From Nemertoderma westbladi (Eukaryota; Animalia; Xenacoelomorpha), in NCBI GenBank assembly GCA_032718475.1, contig JAUCBJ010007287.1, forward strand, positions 43,910 to 107,909: a stretch of 64,000 nt of DNA, given 5' to 3'. The notes beneath the pieces are model-generated. The model did not search any database. It was given only the letters and a program-made list of their open reading frames with translations, and had not been told where the DNA came from. Positions 60,574 through 64,000 of the stretch are shown piece by piece. A program made the translations under genes and the position numbers. Numbering within the stretch: the stretch's first letter is position 1; each line of letters begins with the position of its first letter.

Positions 60574-63500
60574 TGTAAGCGGATTCAATTCCCTGCACTA
60601 CCCACCGAAAATGGGCTTAGTGGCATTTTACCAATTATAGTTGGGAAGGTGACATTACCAATAATAATGTCACCTCATAACCAACTTAGGCGATACACAT
60701 CGCCAGCCACAAAGAAAGTTGAGAGGTCAAACCATCTCAGAGGGACAAAGGGGCTAGCAGGCAGGGTAGGGAGAGTGGCAGCAGGGAGTGGCGAGGTGAC
60801 AATTAATCAGGTTAGCCAATGGTGGGTGGGGAAAACAAATTGGAAATGATTAGAATGCATCTATTGGACAGGCCACTCAGTACAGTAGAGGTAATTAATA
60901 TGTGTTAACAATATAACTGTTGTACTTGTGGATTATGATTCAGTTGGTGTTTGTAGAGTTGTGAGACCGGGTTAGTTTTTAACCGTCGTTGTGGTCAACA
61001 TTACCTTGCTATTATATTCTGACTATGCTATTATTATGTTGTGTGATTATAACAACTGACAGTAAAACTATAGTATAGTTATTTCAACGTCCTTCAGCCT
61101 CAACATCCAGACCACAGCCTTTCAGCAGCATACGGACGCGGCGAAGCATATAGTGCCAAACACACACACCGGTCGGGATCCATACTGCCAACTCCAGGAT
61201 CCCGTCACAGTTAAAAACTGTGGAGAGTTAAAAACTGCCAACAAGTCAACACCCATTTAAATAAACTGTGACCACAGCCAGTGCCAACGAGATGAGCGAG
61301 CATATACCCCAGGGTTCGGAGAGGGGAGGAACTCCGCCACGCACCCCGAGCGATAGAGACGAAATGATTCGGGAGGCGACGACGAGGCGGTACCGACTCG
61401 CCACACCAGATTCGCCGAGCAGAGACAATTCGGTGGTAGAGGAGGAGAGCGGATGGTTACGAGAAGAAGAGAGACGCACGTCGACACAGAGTGGCGAGAG
61501 GAGCACCGGGATCACAGGCGAAGGGCCCACTGGAATGGCAACGGTGGCACCGATGGTGCGATGCCCGATGAGGAAACAAGGTCAGGAAGTCGAGGAGGAG
61601 AATGTCGGGACAAGCGATCGACTACGACGCACATACAACGCGACAAGGTAGATGCTAAAGAATGCCAAGGCAGGAGGAAAGGTAGACAGACCCAAACTAA
61701 CTCGGAGACTCGGTGAGTGTAATAAACATTTTCACTACCTAGTCCGATTTGGGCAGGGGGAACTGGCAAGTGAAAGGGTAAGGAGGGTCGCCATGGAACT
61801 GCTTGAATTGTGGTGATCCGAGATTATACCGTATGGTGTAGTGTACATAGGGCCTTATCTGGTGGATGCGTGGGGGATTATACCGTATGGTGTAGTGTAC
61901 ATAGGGCCTTATCTGGTGGATGCGTGGGGGGTTAAGTTAGTGGGATGGGCGGGTCTGAACGACGCCGAACTCGAGGTTATCCTGGAAGATTCGGTGTCAT
62001 CCATTAGTGAAACCGCTGGTAAGCTTGACAAAATTAGTGGAACGAACAGGCGACGGGAGTCCATCGCAACCGAAGAGTCCGCTACACCCTCCGCGAAAGC
62101 AAGAAGGGTGTTAGAGATAGATCTGGGTGTCAGCTAGACATAGCCGCATTAGATCAAAAGGAATTAGAGAGACAACTGGATGAGGGGACCGTGTTGTTAG
62201 AGAGAACGAGCTGGAGAGAGAGAACTGAGTTGGTGAACGAGCGCAAAGAGCGGGATGAAAGAGAGGTGAACGAGCTCAAAGAGCGCGACGCGACGGAGGC
62301 AGCGAGGGTTGAGAGGGAGGTGAACGAGTGCAGAGAGCGAGAGGCGAGGGAGGCAGAGTTAGCCGATCAGAGTATTAGAGAGGACAGGGAGAGAGAGATG
62401 GCTGGTAAGAGGATGCGGGATGATATGTATGCCCAGTTGAGGGGGTTAATGCAGTATCAGGCCAAGCAGAAACGCCGGTTAGAACTGGCGAAACTGGGTT
62501 TATCAGAGAGCGAGGCTGGTTTGGGAAGTATTTATGATATGAGGAACCAGAGGTGATGGAGACCTTTGTTAATACCCCGGTTACAGGTACCAGACAACAA
62601 ACACAAAACTGGCATGACCGGACAGATGGGGGGGGGGGGGGGGGGGGGGTAATGACAATACGTTTAGTAGGAACGTTAATATTAACAAAACTGTAGTGGA
62701 TAACTCTAATAATAATGAGGGTGTATTTCCTACAGGAAATAATGTTTTGGTGAATAATATAAATAATAATAATGTTGATACTTGTACGGCAAATAATTTA
62801 AATAATTTAAATAATAATGTTAATAGTGGTGCAATAAATAATCAGAATAATTTAAATAATAACTAACAGTGGGCAGAATAATTTAAATAAAAATATAATA
62901 ATTAAGGACGGGGAAAATAAAGACGGTAAAATTAATATAAACGTTAGCGAAACAAATAATTCGCCTAGCGGGGGCCTACAAGGCCATGTGGAGATGCAGG
63001 TGAATGAACCCAGGGGAGATAGGGGCAAAGTGTCAACTGGAGGGGGCCTGAGGAAAGGGGTGAAAGGGGTGTGACGAGAAGTGACGGGTGGGGGGGGGGG
63101 GGGGGCTACAGGCACCCCACCGCAACTAGTTAGTGACGACAGGGGGGGGGGGGGGGGGGTGAGGGCAATAAATGCCTCAAGGATGTCAGAGGGAAATATG
63201 CGTGGTAATCCAAGTGAACTAGGGCTCCCAATGACAGAGGAGAATAGAGGGGGGGCAACAGATGCCCCACAGATGTCTGCGGGAAATGCGTGCGGTGAGT
63301 TAAGTGAACCGTGGCACCCGACAATGGGGGGAAGAGGGGGGCAACAGATGCCCCACAGGCATCGGCAGGAAATGCACTGAGTGAGTTAAGTGAACTGAGG
63401 CACCCGACGACTGAGGAGAGTAGAAGGGCAGCAAATATCTACGAGGCCGTACAACCGGGTAAAGGGAAAAACTTTCAAGCCGCAAGCGGCCAAACGAGGG

Positions 63501-64000
63501 AGCGCCGAGCCCACTCGGGATTCGGAAGGAGAATGGTGGAGTTCATCCGGGAGGTCGATACGAGATCTCATGAACATGGATATAATGCCAGGAGTGGAGG
63601 ACGCAAGGAGGATGATAGAGATTAGCAAGGAAATGTTGCTACGGGCAACTGGAGATATCGATATCTGGAGATATGGATGGACAGTGAACCGTCAATAGTC
63701 AAAGAGGAGAGAGGCTGGTGGGGTTGTACTTCGGGAGATTGCCATCGCCCTGGAGAAACACAGCCGGCGATGTATATTATACACCGAGAGAGGGGTACAG
63801 AGTGTACCGGGACGAGGAGGATGATAGAAGAAGAGAGTGAAGGGAAACTTACCATCGGAACGTAGCTGCCGATTGACAATATGGTAGTCGTGGGGAGTAG
63901 TTCTCGGAATATTTGAGAAGATTAAACTTCGATTGTGAGGAACACGTACAGACTGCAGGACATACTGTAGGTCTTACTGAACATACTATAGGGCATGCTG
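60574..64000 (+). mobile_element. LTR retroelement 5' part (LTR 60574-61209, then decayed gag-like region), related to 21349-25144
   Basis: tgtaagcggattcaattcc...ggatcccgtcaca LTR; shared peptides TPPRTP, SDRLRRTYNATR, GVVYIGPY; coiled-coil and Asn-rich fragments follow. Confidence 0.8.

Noticed and set aside
6944-63160. Long poly-G/C runs as G-quadruplex systems, and frameshifts as programmed recoding
   Set aside because: Run lengths differ between copies of the same element and are prone to slippage or long-read error; no conserved slippery-site structure was seen.

Overview
Eukaryotic (animal, probably bilaterian invertebrate) genomic DNA. It is dominated by nested, mostly decayed transposable elements. 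These are three Bel/Pao LTR retrotransposons (all minus strand), two RTE-clade LINE families, two CRE-like fragments, a pol-less LTR family (one two-LTR copy, one solo LTR, one 5' part), a hAT-type foldback element and two piggyBac-type non-autonomous elements, several with clear target-site duplications. Host-like + strand sequence consists of one beta/gamma-crystallin-like exon (~8 kb) and six 126-bp phase-1 calcium-binding EGF exons (41.7-49.4 kb) expanded by tandem duplication together with RTE pieces. The most unusual signals are: (1) a 20-nt palindromic motif present 8 times along one Bel/Pao element, in different ORF frames and with symmetric substitutions; (2) an LTR family with no tRNA primer-binding site but a conserved U5 hairpin; (3) clusters of CTCF-like sites with upstream motifs at ~200-bp spacing; (4) a self-complementary 22-bp minisatellite; (5) the EGF exon array lying between colinear halves of a split Bel element. 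No CRISPR array or prokaryotic system is supported. All calls were made by eye without database searches.
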